DNA of 64,000 nucleotides, from NCBI GenBank assembly GCA_977018835.1, contig OZ361256.1, forward strand, positions 3,038,001-3,102,000, in the 5' to 3' direction. The translations under genes and the position numbers were made by a program. The notes under the pieces were generated by a model. That model did not search any database, was not told the origin of the DNA, and was given only the letters and a program-made list of their open reading frames with translations. Of this stretch, positions 33,179-45,101 are shown one piece after another (position 1 is the first letter of the stretch; each line of letters opens with the position of its first letter). This DNA comes from Minutocellus sp. GHC0000111. Taxonomy: Eukaryota.

Positions 33179-34111
33179 GATCCTATTTCCTTGTCGTGAA
33201 TGTGAGACGTTGTTTGGAATCAATGCTGTATGTGATGGTATGATAGAGCGTTCTTTCTCCTCTATTGAATTGTATTGCAGTGAACTTATTGCTGTGGGTA
33301 TGTTGTTTGTTTGGTTTGTGGCAGCTAATGATGGTAATGATAACGTTGGGCGGATGAAAAAAAGAAGACAGCAATGTTGCGGAAATGTTGCGGAAGAGAG
33401 TCGAGATGAGCCATAAGATTTTTCGGTTGATTGATGGATCATATGCCACAAGATATTAAACTCTTAAAGAAAATCTAGGGGGGAGCAGACATTTCAGAAA
33501 GGGTTTTGAGAGTTGCGACGTTTTGAACCAACTCGTTCTGACACTTTTCAAACTTCAATCAGCTATACACGTCAGAAAGCTGCACTTTTGCACCCAAAAA
33601 TGGCTGACGGCATTTTGAAGAAGGGTCAATGTCGGCCTCATGACTGCCAGCTCAGTGTGACAACGAGGTCAATACCGATGGAAGGGCCGTTCAAGCAAGC
33701 TTTCTTTTTCGCATCTGCTTTTTTGTGCAGAATTTGTTGTGTCCCCCCCTTTCCGAGAGACCTGCTGGTACCGCAGCTGTTTTTTTGTGCAAGATTTGTG
33801 CGGATTTGCCCCCGCAACGTCAACATTTGAGGTGTGAGTCAGTCGCTGAATGACGTTGCTACTACTACTACGTACGTACGGCATAGCTACCGGTATTAGA
33901 AGCATGTAGAAGGCCTACTGTACGAAAAAGTAGATCTAGAGCATCAGATTGGCGGGAGTTCAAGTTCAAGTTGCTTGACTCTCCCATTCGATGGCCATTG
34001 AAACAGCAAAAAAATGCAAGGACGTACGCAATCTTTTAGGGAACAGGGAAAGAATTTATCTTCTGCTGCTAGCTAGTCGTCTCTCTACTACTCTAGAGCT
34101 AGAGCAGTCTA

Positions 34112-34756
34112 CAGTCCGTTCTCACACCTGTAAGCAATTGGTAATTGCTTAGGTGAGGGCTGAGATTCCGACATGTTGCTTGTTCTAAGCGCTAATTGGT
34201 ACCTCATTCGCATGTTATTCCTTATTCCAAAATAGCACAGTCTGTTCTCACCTACAAGCAATTGAGACTTGGGCCCAAGGTCTCAAATTGCTTGCAATCT
34301 CCAAAAATTTGGGGTCTGAGCTAAGCAATTAATTGCTTATTGAGTGATGACGTGGCAGATGCTAAAAACACCTCACCACAAAGGAAAAGAGTAAAACCCA
34401 ACTGTTAGGTGTCATAAAGTCTCTTCAACAGCATGTAGAAACATTGACAGGGGTCTTGTCAACCAAAGCTGCTCTACTTTTACCCTAAAATGCACTTCAT
34501 GTGCGGCACCGGCACTCATTCATGGCTCCTACCCTGCGTTGAGGGTTTCGGAGCTACGTAGTGCTGCACCAAATGCTGAAACAGCGAGAAAAATAAGCAA
34601 TCACCAGAACAACAGGTCTCAAATTGCTTAGAAGGAGGCAAAATCATGGGTCTCAGCTAAGCAATTAGTAATTGCTTATAGGTGAGAACGGACTGTAAGC
34701 GCCCAATTTGAGACCTCGGGCCCGAGTCTCAATTGCTTATAGGTGAGAACGGACTG
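34112..34756. mobile_element. Nested non-autonomous Tc1/mariner-type MITEs (inner copy 34238-34695 inside an outer inverted copy)
   Basis: TIR CAGTCCGTTCTCACC(T)ATAAGCAATT at 34112 and 34238, with its reverse complement ending at 34695 and 34756. TA flanks at 34110-34111, 34696-34697 and 34757-34758. Confidence 0.85.
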
Positions 34757-35040
34757 TAGCGACATCCGACAGCAGCAGGCAAGCGGGGGAGACATCACCA
34801 CCGGCGAATGCGCGAGCAGAGATGCAGCATTACAGTGTTTGGCCTGTATCTGATGAGAAGGACGAGCTAGCATCAGTCATTGGAAGGAACGAGCGAACCA
34901 CGTGCAGCCTTCTACGGAACTCATTTAAAGATCCAGCTTTTGCTACATGTGAGATACATAATATTCGTAATGCGGCATTCTTTGGAATATCTCAGTGTTG
35001 CGATTACCGACAATTACGTGAATGGAATTACTCCCTCTCT

Positions 35041-35562
35041 TTATGCTGCCTTTTTCTTTGACTTCTCCCCCTTGCTCGCAAACATTTTGCGGCCATAATA
35101 TACAATCAAAGAAAGATTGAGCACATGCGTCGTCCAGCACAATAAACACAACTTTTTGAGTATGAGCAGCTTGTATGCCAGAAAGACCGATGATGCCATC
35201 GCCATGGAGTTGGCAAAGAATGTCAACCCGAGGGGAAAGATCGATGACGTTATGCCCATGCTGAATAAGATCACATACGTATAGTACAACGCCCCCAAAA
35301 AGGCGTTGGGTACATCCAACATGGATTTCTCCGGTACCATTCCGAAGTACGACAGCATCCGCCCCTCCGGCAAGGCAAATGTTGCGCTGCAGGATGCTCC
35401 CAGCGCTTCAATGTCGCACAGAGATTTGTACTCGTCCATTTCCATGTCAGCCATTCCAGATTCCTTCGCCGCCTCGATTGCGGCCTGGGTGTGTTCTACG
35501 TGCAGGGCATAGAGGGATAGTATGAGGCCGATGGTGGCAAGTATCGTTGGTGTTCGTGCCAT
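35041..35562 (-). CDS. VKORC1: Vitamin K epoxide reductase (VKOR) family protein
   Basis: Loop cysteines in SLCDI...ASCSATF, DVPNAFLG, the CLLC redox motif and a KKKAA ER tail. Confidence 0.88.
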   Translation of the reverse strand: MARTPTILATIGLILSLYALHVEHTQAAIEAAKESGMADMEMDEYKSLCDIEALGASCSATFALPEGRMLSYFGMVPEKSMLDVPNAFLGALYYTYVILFSMGITSSIFPLGLTFFANSMAMASSVFLAYKLLILKKLCLLCWTTHVLNLSLIVYYGRKMFASKGEKSKKKAA

Positions 35563-35988
35563 TATTACATGTATTTTCTGCGGTTTGCTCGGATTTGTTG
35601 CAAATATTTACTGCCAAGATTCTAAGATATTGAAAAGGTGTTGTCGGCAAGTCTGCTTGTGTCGGGAGTAATGGTATCCGCTCTCTAGACTAGCTAGAGT
35701 AGCGCTGAAGTGCTTCTCCAATGGCCGCTGAGCATGAGGTGGACCGTAGGTCTACCGAACTCATTGGTACAATGCAACAAAAGGAAAACAGGGAGCATTT
35801 TGTACGTAGGCATTTTCTCACGAAATTAATCAAAGTTTCAACAGGCCTAATCGCCTGTGGGAGAGATGTGGCTACGTCCCACCGCGAGCAGGAGGAGAAG
35901 GAGAAAGCCGTCTACAAGGCAGAGATTCGATCGACACTGTACCATTTGACCAACGCTGCTTGCTTCGTATCTGCAACCAACACACACG

Positions 35989-36765
35989 ATGTGCCCGAAA
36001 CCAGCACTTATCACAATGCCGCTGCTGCTAACCGCCCTTATTCTTCATGCCGCCGATGCCTTCCAACCACCACCGATGGCAACAACTCGCCCCCTCGCAA
36101 ATGCAAACCAAATGCCCCCATTGAACGGATGGCTCGGTGATTTGTGGGAAGAGATGATCGAGGTCGCGACGTACGGGCCAAGCGAAAGACGAATCCTTGC
36201 CGAACGACGAAAGAGGGCTGCCGAAGAAGCGGCAGTTGCTAAAGGAGCCCCGAGCAATGCCGATGACGAGAAGCAAATGAGCTTCGCCGAGGCTCGTAAA
36301 CGGTTTGAGTCAATTTCAAGTAGCGGTGATGATGCATCTGGTGGTGATATCAGTGACGATGATCTATCAGCCGCCGCTTTTCGCCAGGCTGCTGCCGCCG
36401 TCGATGCTGGGGCCGAAGCTGAGCCTTCACCACTGGAAGACTTCGACGGATACGCTCTCCGTGATCTCCTGGTTGACAAGTGGGGAGCACCCCTCGATGT
36501 TGATTTCCAGCGTGATGTATCCCTAAATCAAGTGTATTGCACCGTCCTTCCCATTGCCTTTGGACAACGATTGAAATGCCGACACGAGACCGAGTTGGAT
36601 TATCTGATGCATCTCCAAGGCACTGTCGAAGTACTGCGCAAATATGACCAACTGGAGGACTGGGTGGCCTTTGTGGAGAGCACCAACCGTTCGCCCAAGG
36701 CTGGTACTGATTCCGTTCCGTATCGATTGAACTTGAATGACGAGCAAAAGAAGCGGATACTGTGA
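35989..36765 (+). CDS. Plastid-targeted DUF3067-like protein
   Basis: ADA-FQP presequence; DGYALRDLLVDKWG...ELDYLMHLQG pattern. Confidence 0.65.
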   Translation: MCPKPALITMPLLLTALILHAADAFQPPPMATTRPLANANQMPPLNGWLGDLWEEMIEVATYGPSERRILAERRKRAAEEAAVAKGAPSNADDEKQMSFAEARKRFESISSSGDDASGGDISDDDLSAAAFRQAAAAVDAGAEAEPSPLEDFDGYALRDLLVDKWGAPLDVDFQRDVSLNQVYCTVLPIAFGQRLKCRHETELDYLMHLQGTVEVLRKYDQLEDWVAFVESTNRSPKAGTDSVPYRLNLNDEQKKRIL

Positions 36766-37012
36766 TTTGGGTTTCCGAATCTACTATATTGTTACCTATA
36801 TGTTTCATCATCGCTCAAGCCGCATCTTGAAGTCGGGTGGTTTCGTCGGCACTTTCCATTGACAGGGCCGATTGCAAACTGGCGTAGCTGTCTTTGTTCT
36901 TTCGGAGTCTCATCTTGTCCAAGGCCCTGTGTGCAATAAAGGCGGTGGCCGGTAGTATTGCAAAGAGTGCCAATACTGTGGAATTCTCGGTGCTCTTCGT
37001 GGTGTGGTGGAC

Positions 37013-38970
37013 TTAAAGATCGAGACCGGCATGATATCCGCTCGCTGGATAAGGATATATGGGCGATGCTGCAATCTCCTCTTCGCTCAGTCCAATCCAA
37101 TTGGGATGATCGTTTTCTACCAGATAGTGATTCCCTGTATCGGCAATCACACGGCGTTTCCATTCATCCGTCATGCCAACTTCTGTTGTCTTGCAGCCGC
37201 ACGCGAGATTATTAGAGTCGGGCTCGGTGGTAACGAAGTCGCGAAACCGAGCAAAGAGCACACCGTAAAATTCCATCCATTGGCTATGCAATTCATCTGC
37301 AATCGACATGCTGAACCGGGTGACCTCCTCGATTGAAGCCTCGGGGTCGGAGCCATAGAGCTCATGAGCACGATTATCCATCTTGCGAACGGCTGCGACA
37401 AAGTCAGCATGGATTTCGTCAAGCTTTGCCTTTACGACGGGATAAGCATCTCTCCATTGGGAGTAGGCAAAGTTGGAAACCATGTTTTGAACCCAGAAAG
37501 CTCTCGAGAGATTAAAGTCCAGAATAGGACGGACGTGACCCTGGGCTGTGCTCTTTCCCTTGTAAGCATTGCTGACCTCGGTACTGGCTGCGTAGGCTGG
37601 AAACCGTGGAGCCGTGCTGGCATCGTCGGCTCCGAACCAGAGCAGAGCTTGAAGGGGTGGAGGCATGTGAGGTCGGATCTGCGCGATGAAATTGATGCCC
37701 GTCTTTTCAACTCCAATATTCCTCTCGTTAACGTAGAGATCATTTTGTTCGTCAAACCACAAATATGGCCTTGCGCGGTACGGGTGAGAGAATAATCCAC
37801 CTGCGACCTCATCGCCGTACTCAAAGGGAGTGCCTTCAAAGTGTGAGGCCATCCTCGTTCTAACATCATCGAGGGTGACCTTATTCTTTGGCCTAACGAA
37901 GAGTGGCATTGGGTGCTGCTTATCTCGACCCATGGCGTAGGCCAGATGGCGCTGAGCAAAATCATCGTCTTGAAGAAAGGCTGTGTACATATCCCAGACT
38001 CTCGCCTCTCCATATCGAAGCTTTCCACTTGGCTTTATATCAAATACATCTGAGTAGCTAAAGTCGTTATCAGAACCGTGGTATAGACCCTTGTCTCTCG
38101 CAAACGAAATTACATCTGGAGCAAATAAGACATTATCTGGATCGTTTCTCGGAAACTTTCGAATTCGAGAATGATTCGCATGGGCTGCTACCATTCCGTC
38201 TGGCACTCTCACAGCGACCCATACAGCACCCAACTCGGTGGGTCCTTTGGACATCACATCCATAATCCAAGCTTCCTTGTGGTCGACGATACTGTAGCTC
38301 TCTCCCTTACATGTACAAGTTTGAGAAATGGAAGGGGCAGAAATAATCAATGTGAAATGACAGATACGGTACTACAGTGGCAATTATATATATACAATCA
38401 CCGTGAAGATATCCTAGCAATCATAGATAAGCTCTCTACAATGAATAAGTAGGATCGACTTACCCACTAGGATGCGTATCCATATTGCTCCATAAGAGAA
38501 GTCATGGTATCGATGGCCTCTCTGGCCGTTGAGGATCTTTGCAACGCGATCCAAATCAACGAGCCATAATCGATGATGGAACCCTTGTGTGGATTCTGCA
38601 GTATGTCAATACCACCAATGGTCGTTTCTCCTATGCATACCCCAGCATTGTTGCAGTTGGAAATCACATTGTGAGTGTGGGCGACATCAGGAATCTCGCC
38701 AAGATACTCTCCTGTCTCCCAGGCATAAATCTGACGGGGAGGGATGGTTTCACCATCGTGATAGTGATGGGCCGGATAGTGAAAGAGGAAGCCAAACAAT
38801 TCGCTGTCGTCGGTGTTGTAGGCCAACATGGCCGATCCGTCGGCCGATGCACCTGGCGTAACGACGAGGTTGGTGCATGCCTCGGAGTGCGATGGCGATT
38901 GTAGGACGAGCACGCAAGTAGCGCCGATGGCGACGGCTTGCACGAAGGATGAGAAGGTAGGTAAGCGCAT
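37013..38970 (-). CDS. Secreted peptidase family C69 dipeptidase (Ntn hydrolase); intron about 38463-38306; apparent in-frame TAG at 38469-38467
   Basis: Signal peptide then SEA-CTNLVVT (N-terminal catalytic Cys); IGETT, IDYGSLIWIALQR, GESYSIVD, AHANHSRI and EARVW motifs. Confidence 0.82.
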
Positions 38971-39213
38971 TTTGACAGTTTATGCAAAGGACGCCCTCTG
39001 CTCGGCTCTGTCGATTCGATTGCATTTGCGCTGTTCGTCGCTGTGGCTGCATCTCTCGTTTGCCCCCCGACGAGAAGCCGCCGCGAGAAGCCGCCGCCGC
39101 CCAACGGGATCTGGTACATTTCTACGTACGTGAAAAGAGGCGCAAACGGACCTTCTAACCTCACCGTCGGCGAAGCAGCACAACTCCGAAATCACGCCAC
39201 AGAAAAAAGAACC

Positions 39214-40110
39214 ATGAGGATGACGCCGCTGCTGTCCCGCTCCAACCGCGCCCTCCTCTCCTACCTGATCGACATATGTGGCGTTGGTGCCTCGCTGTGT
39301 CTCCTGTACGGCTGGATCTCCGACCTCCAGGCAGGCCAAGCCCATTACCTCTCCCCCACATTTTACACAAACGGATTCTGTCTTTCTCCTTTGTTCGACT
39401 GCACCCATCACACGTGCTCCGTGCTGGACGCCGTCGGCGGGACACTCTTCGTTGCCGTTGCGGTATATTTGCTCCTCCACAAAAGGGCTGGTGATTTGCC
39501 GACCTCCCAGCTCATTCCTGTAGCGGCCTACCTTTTCTCACACTCATATGGGCATTTCGTCGCCGGCACCGAGCTCAACCAGCCGGCACGGATGGACGAT
39601 GGCGACACGGACATGGCCTGGAACGAATTGTTCATCCTGGCCGCGATACTTTCGATAGGACCGTTTGGTGGAGTCAATTATCTGACCAAGGCCGGCAAGA
39701 TGAAGGAGGGGTTGGTTGCCAATGCCATTGCCGGTGCAGTCCTGGTCGTCTACATTGCCGTGTACGCTATGTACGTGCGCAAGCCACGGTATGCCCTGCT
39801 GTACATCAACGTCACCATCCTGCTATCGCTGGCCATACCGCGAGTGATGGCGGTTGGATGTCGATCCGAAAAGGATGTATCGATGAGGGTGGATGTGCCG
39901 TATTTGTATGCCAACACGGCGGCGGATCTGTTGGTGGCGGTGGTGGTGTTCGCCGAACCATTTTACTGCGATGCCTTTGTGGCCGGGATTGGCGGACATT
40001 TGCTGTTCGATGCATCGCTTTTGCTGCAGGCGGTTGTGAAGGCCATTAACTACGGCAGAGAACTACGGCAGAGAACAGCGCGGGGTGAAGACAAAGAGCG
40101 CATGATGTGA
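39214..40110 (+). CDS. Multi-pass membrane hypothetical protein
   Basis: About 8 hydrophobic helices with conserved-looking His motifs (THHTC, HSYGH, GGHLLFD). Confidence 0.7.
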   Translation: MRMTPLLSRSNRALLSYLIDICGVGASLCLLYGWISDLQAGQAHYLSPTFYTNGFCLSPLFDCTHHTCSVLDAVGGTLFVAVAVYLLLHKRAGDLPTSQLIPVAAYLFSHSYGHFVAGTELNQPARMDDGDTDMAWNELFILAAILSIGPFGGVNYLTKAGKMKEGLVANAIAGAVLVVYIAVYAMYVRKPRYALLYINVTILLSLAIPRVMAVGCRSEKDVSMRVDVPYLYANTAADLLVAVVVFAEPFYCDAFVAGIGGHLLFDASLLLQAVVKAINYGRELRQRTARGEDKERMM

Positions 40111-40549
40111 GAAAATCTTGGTCGTCATTTCTCACTGATCGGACGAGTCCCACTTCTTAGTATTTATATTTGCTAGCTACGGTACGTAGGCATATTGTAC
40201 ATGATAATGATTTAGGACTACCTGAAAAGCATTAGAATTTTAGCTAGGATTCACGTCATATTCCTACCATCGGCGCCTCGTTCTGTGCGTGGCGCCAGCT
40301 ACTACGTAGTTGTGGACCCAAAGGAGATCTCTGATATTCTACGACTTGAGACCCACTCAAGGGCTCGCCCTCTTGGCCCTATCAAAAGCATCCAGCTTCA
40401 TTGAGAGTAGAACGGTCTACCTTTGCAAGATCATTCTTAACAGAAGTATAGACCGTAGAAGCTGCCTCGGGAGTGTCAAAAGAGCCAATGTGGCGAAGCC
40501 TCCCACCCCAATACCACCCCAATACTTCCTCGCTTGATACTCTCGTGAC

Positions 40550-42790
40550 TCACTTCGGGAGTTTGTGCCCTACGCTTGTCGTTTTCTGCAATTCCTCCTG
40601 CCAACAATTCTTTCCGTTCGACAGGGCCATTTTCTGATTTTTCGACTTGCACTGTGCCGGTGTCCGAGTTTTGACATGATCGGCAACCTTCTTCCAGTCG
40701 GTACCCGAAGCTTGGATACCCTCGGCAAGTCGAGTGATTTCATCGTCGTTCCAATCGCCAGGGCGTTTCGTTCTTTTGACGGATACCGCTTGGAAAGCTT
40801 TCACCGCGCGCGCCTTGGCATCTTCAAATACGCCATCCAACTCTTTGGCACTGAGTGAACGATATTTATCCAGCTCGTTCTTGACCAAAGTGTAAGCGGC
40901 CGAAGCATGCTCTGAAGTTGCAAATGAGCCAATATATCCAGAGGCATTCGCAGTACTTTTGTTCCTGGCTATAGCTATAAATCGTCCTGACGAGGTTTTT
41001 TGAACACCACGGGGCAGGCTCTTATTCCCCCAAGGCTATGCTTGTCAGGAGGCAGCAGTTGGATGCCCCCTGCAAGCCAAGAGATTTCATCGTCGTTCAA
41101 ATTGCCAGGACGCTTGTTGCCGTCGGAACTAATCTTGGCTGTGTCGACCTTGAGGGCCTCCGTTGCACGTGGATCTAGCTCTAGTCAGTTCTGCATCTTG
41201 AATTGCTCCTTGGAAAGATCCAACACTTCCGTATACTCATCATCGTACTTGATCGTTGCAGTATCATCCACGAGTGCAGTGATGGTCCCTGGATAGTATT
41301 CTTCATCGAGCTCCCAATAAATGCTAATACGGGATCCAACGAGAAGGCGGGGAAGTAAATGCAGAGACGATGCTGGCTCTTTCGACCTGCTCTTGACGGT
41401 CTTCTCTGGTCCTGCTTGGAATTTCTCCAATGCTCGGGCCTTAGCAGCTTCAAATACAACATCCAACTTATCGGCACTGAGAAAGCGATTTTTCCAGCTC
41501 GTCCCGGACCAAAGTGTAGGCGGCCGAGGCTTGCTCTGGAGTATCAAACACGCCGATGTATCCGCCGGGATTCTTCACACCAGAATACTGGGCACTCGCT
41601 ACAAACCGCCCTGAGAATGTTTGGTTGACACCACGCGGCAAGCCTCCCTTTTTCCTTGCCACTTGTTCTCCAGCTGCTTTCAAAGCTCGCGCCTTGGTAC
41701 CTGCAAAAACAGCATCCAACTCCTTGGCACTGAGCGAGCGATTTTTATCCAGCTCGTTATTAACCAAAGTGTAAGCGTTAGAAGCTTGCTCTGGAGTGTC
41801 AAATGCGCCGATGTATTCCTGGGTATTCTTTGTACCAGAACATCGTGTCCTCGCAGTAAATCGCCCTGGATGAGATTCGCTGACACCAAGCGGCAATGCC
41901 CTCTTCTTTTTGGAATTGGCCAATGCTCTGTTCTCATCAGAATTGGCGGGGATCTTCCGTTTGAACCAATCAACCCCGTGCAACTGGACCATCTTTTGGT
42001 TCTTTGACTTGCACTGCGCCGGCGTCCGTGTCTTAACATACTTCATGGCTATCTCCTTCCAGTCGGTTCTCAACATATGAATGCCACCGGCGAGTCGGGT
42101 GGTCTCATCATCGTTCCAATTGCCGGTGCGCATGCCGTCTCCAGCAGAGATATCAACCTTATAATCTAAAGCAGATGGAACCATCAGCATTTTGGTGTTG
42201 GTATCCGTAGGCTGCTTTTGCTGACGTCGCATGGTCGAATGAGATGGTCCCACCGGGGCAGCTTGGTCTTCCAATGCAATTATCGGCTTGATGGCTCGGC
42301 CGCTTATGCCCATAGGGTTCTGGTTTGACTGGCCGGTCGCGTAAGGTACCTCCTCCTCCGACGTGGTGTCAAATTCCTCCAGCCATTTGGGCCGACGGCG
42401 GCTACTGCGCTGACGCTTTCCACCGCCGGGTGATTCGTCATCCAAGTCAGAACTGGTATCACTCAATTCTAATTCCTTTTGTTTGTACTTGCGTTTCTCA
42501 GTTGGCCTACTTGCAGCAGCAGGGAGTGCTTTGGGAGCTGATGGACTTGGTGATAAGGTATTTGTAGCGGTGGTGCTGGTCGTGGCGAAATCGCGTGCAG
42601 TGGTGTTGGAGTTCAGCTCGGCAGTATTTGGCTGATCGGAGGAAGGCTTGGCAGATGGCACATAGATCATAGCGGCAACGGTAGCTGCCAGGCTGGTTCG
42701 TTTTGCAGGCTTGAACCCCATGAGGGGTCGGGCACGAGCTGATGGCGCCAGAATCGGTGGCGTTCGTGGCGGTCCAACGCCAGGGTCCAT
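40550..42790 (-). pseudogene. Modular nuclear protein Myb/SANT-AP2-AP2-Tudor-(Myb)-AP2-Myb, interrupted by frameshifts (about 41488 and 41030) and a TGA (41187-41185)
   Basis: WNDDE...DWK...VKTRTPAQCKSK Myb repeats; three copies of LPxGV...GRFxA...YIGxFxTxEQASxAY (AP2-like); VGSRISIYW...YYPGTI...IKYDD...LDL Tudor-like. Confidence 0.75.
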
Positions 42791-42946
42791 GATGAGATAG
42801 CTTATCGTGCGAATAGATGGAACGAGCCAATCGGTAGCAGACTTTACAGCGGGGAAAAAAATTATTCGAATTGGAATTGATGTAGTTGCCCTTATTTGGA
42901 ATGAACCAGAATAGGAGACCTGGTTGGACTCATGTTGAGCGGTATC

Positions 42947-44485
42947 TTAGCCTTGGCCAAAAAATGAGCACATGATGGGAAACTGCATCCATTTATTGCC
43001 CATAGGAGACTTTACAACCAGGCTGAAGCATTCTCTTGTCATTCTTGTTCGACCGTAGTAGCCACTGCCGACAAGGACGACGGCAATACCAGATCCATTT
43101 AAGACACTCACGGGAATGTCAAAGATGACAGTTGCCAGCAGGATCATGAGGACCTGCTTGACGTTGGCTGCGATACAAAGCGTCAGGGCGCTGGTAAGCT
43201 TGTTGCTGACCAGACTGGAAATGTTGAGCGAAAACGACATGATGCCGGTGGACACCACGCCAAAGGTGGGCCACATGGACACCGCCGGGCTGAGCTCGGT
43301 CTCCCATCGAGATGTGATGGAGGCGACCTCGCCGGTCAAACAGGCCAAGATAATACATTGCAGAGCGGCCTTCGGGGCCATCTTGTAGAGCAGGTCTATG
43401 GGATGGAGCTTGAGCGATCCGCTGAGGATCTCACCGGCAGCGACGGCCTGTGTCAATCGATGGTGCGAGAAAAATGAAAAGTGAGATACAGTAATATAGG
43501 AAAAAATGCTCAACCGACGATCATAGATTGTGCATGCCGAGAGGGCGACCTGGCCCACATATTCTCACCTTGAGTGCCGCCAACACAACGCAAAGACTGG
43601 TAAAGACAAAGCCAATCGTGGTAATGCTCATTTCACCAAAGCACGCCATGGCCACACCGGCCACGACGGGAATTACCGCAATCTTTCGTTTTCTACTGGT
43701 AGCCTTGCCCAAGCAGTATCCAAAGATGATGGCCACGGCAGGCACCAGACTTCTCATGACCTGATTGAAGTTGACGCTGACATACCGCAAACTGACGTTG
43801 CCAATGGCAATGTTGAGGCTGAAGATGACACTAAAGGCCCACGTTTTGACGGTGCCGGCATAATCCAGCGTGGATACCTTGGCGTTGTCCATCAGCACAG
43901 ATTTGGAGCGCTGATACCCATGCCGCTTGTGGTACGCTTCGTCGCGCACGGGTGGATTGCGGCTCGTGTAGCACTCGAGGCAGCGGAAGTAGATGGCCCC
44001 ACCGACCCAATTGCACATCATGTGGAAGAAGCTCAGGAAGAAGGGATACTTGAAGTCGAACTTGGAGAAGGTGGCCTTATTCAGCAGGGTGAGGACGACG
44101 TTGTTCAGCAGCCAAAAGATGAGCCAAAAGGCGATGCTCCATTTGGACGGCTTGGCTTCTTGAACTTGCTCCTCGTGGTCGGTGAGGGCCCGACCCTCCT
44201 CCATCTCCACCTCCCCGAAGCTCCCCTCGAGGGAATCATCATCTCCATTCTTATCTAAATCCTTGAAGCTGACCGACCGGCCCCGGGAATGATTCCGCTT
44301 GTGCTTGGGCAGGTCCATGGAATCCAACGACGAATCGGACGACCCATCGGACTTTTTCGCAGAGTCCGTGTCCTACCTGCAGGTGGATGGATGATGGAGG
44401 CGGGGGAGTGGGACGAGTTGGCCGAATTGGGCGGGGAGGACTGTCCTCGGTCCGGCGTGGCTCCCAGAATTTTATTGAGGTCCAT
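42947..44485 (-). CDS. Triose-phosphate / nucleotide-sugar transporter family (SLC35E-like); intron 43568-43448; frame discontinuity near 44375
   Basis: TLLNK, FKYPFFLS, NIAIGNVSLRYVSVNFNQVMRS and TSALTLCIAANVKQV motifs. Confidence 0.82.
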
Positions 44486-45101
44486 GATTTGGATTCGTTG
44501 GTGTTGGTTTCGGTGTGAATTGAAATGAAATTTCCCCGATTTGGTCTGGTCTGGTTTGAATAAAAATGAGCACGAGTTTTTAATTGTTGTCTTAAGAGGT
44601 CTGCTGTTCGTGCCAGTTCTCTCTATCAATCAGATGCTGGTGTATGAATTATGTATGTAAATGGAAGTTTACAAGGGTAGCGTTTGAAAAGACTCAAAGC
44701 TGGTGCAAGAAAGATTCCTTTCGTTGGTTGGTCTGCTTTCTCGAGACAAAATATTATTCGAACGCAATTCTTCTCAGACAGATGCGAGGAGGTGCACCGT
44801 CTTGGTTGGATGGTGTGTGCTCGTTTGGTCGTCGATCAAAAAAGATACCGTGGCAGTCTTCCCTCACAAAGATACCGTTCGACAGGGCAAAGAGGCTGCT
44901 GGTCGGAATGGAGATGCAATTATGGTCCTCCGCCGCCCTTTGCTTGGTTCAGCACGTGCGGGTCCGGCAATAATGCAAGTGGTTTAGTTCAAAATTCGCC
45001 GGTAGCGGTGTGTGGCCTTGCAGAAAATTTCGAAGACGTGGATGGAGTTGAGCATCTACGAGATTGGCGGGCAGCATAAAGTAGCGAAAGAAGACGCGTC
45101 A

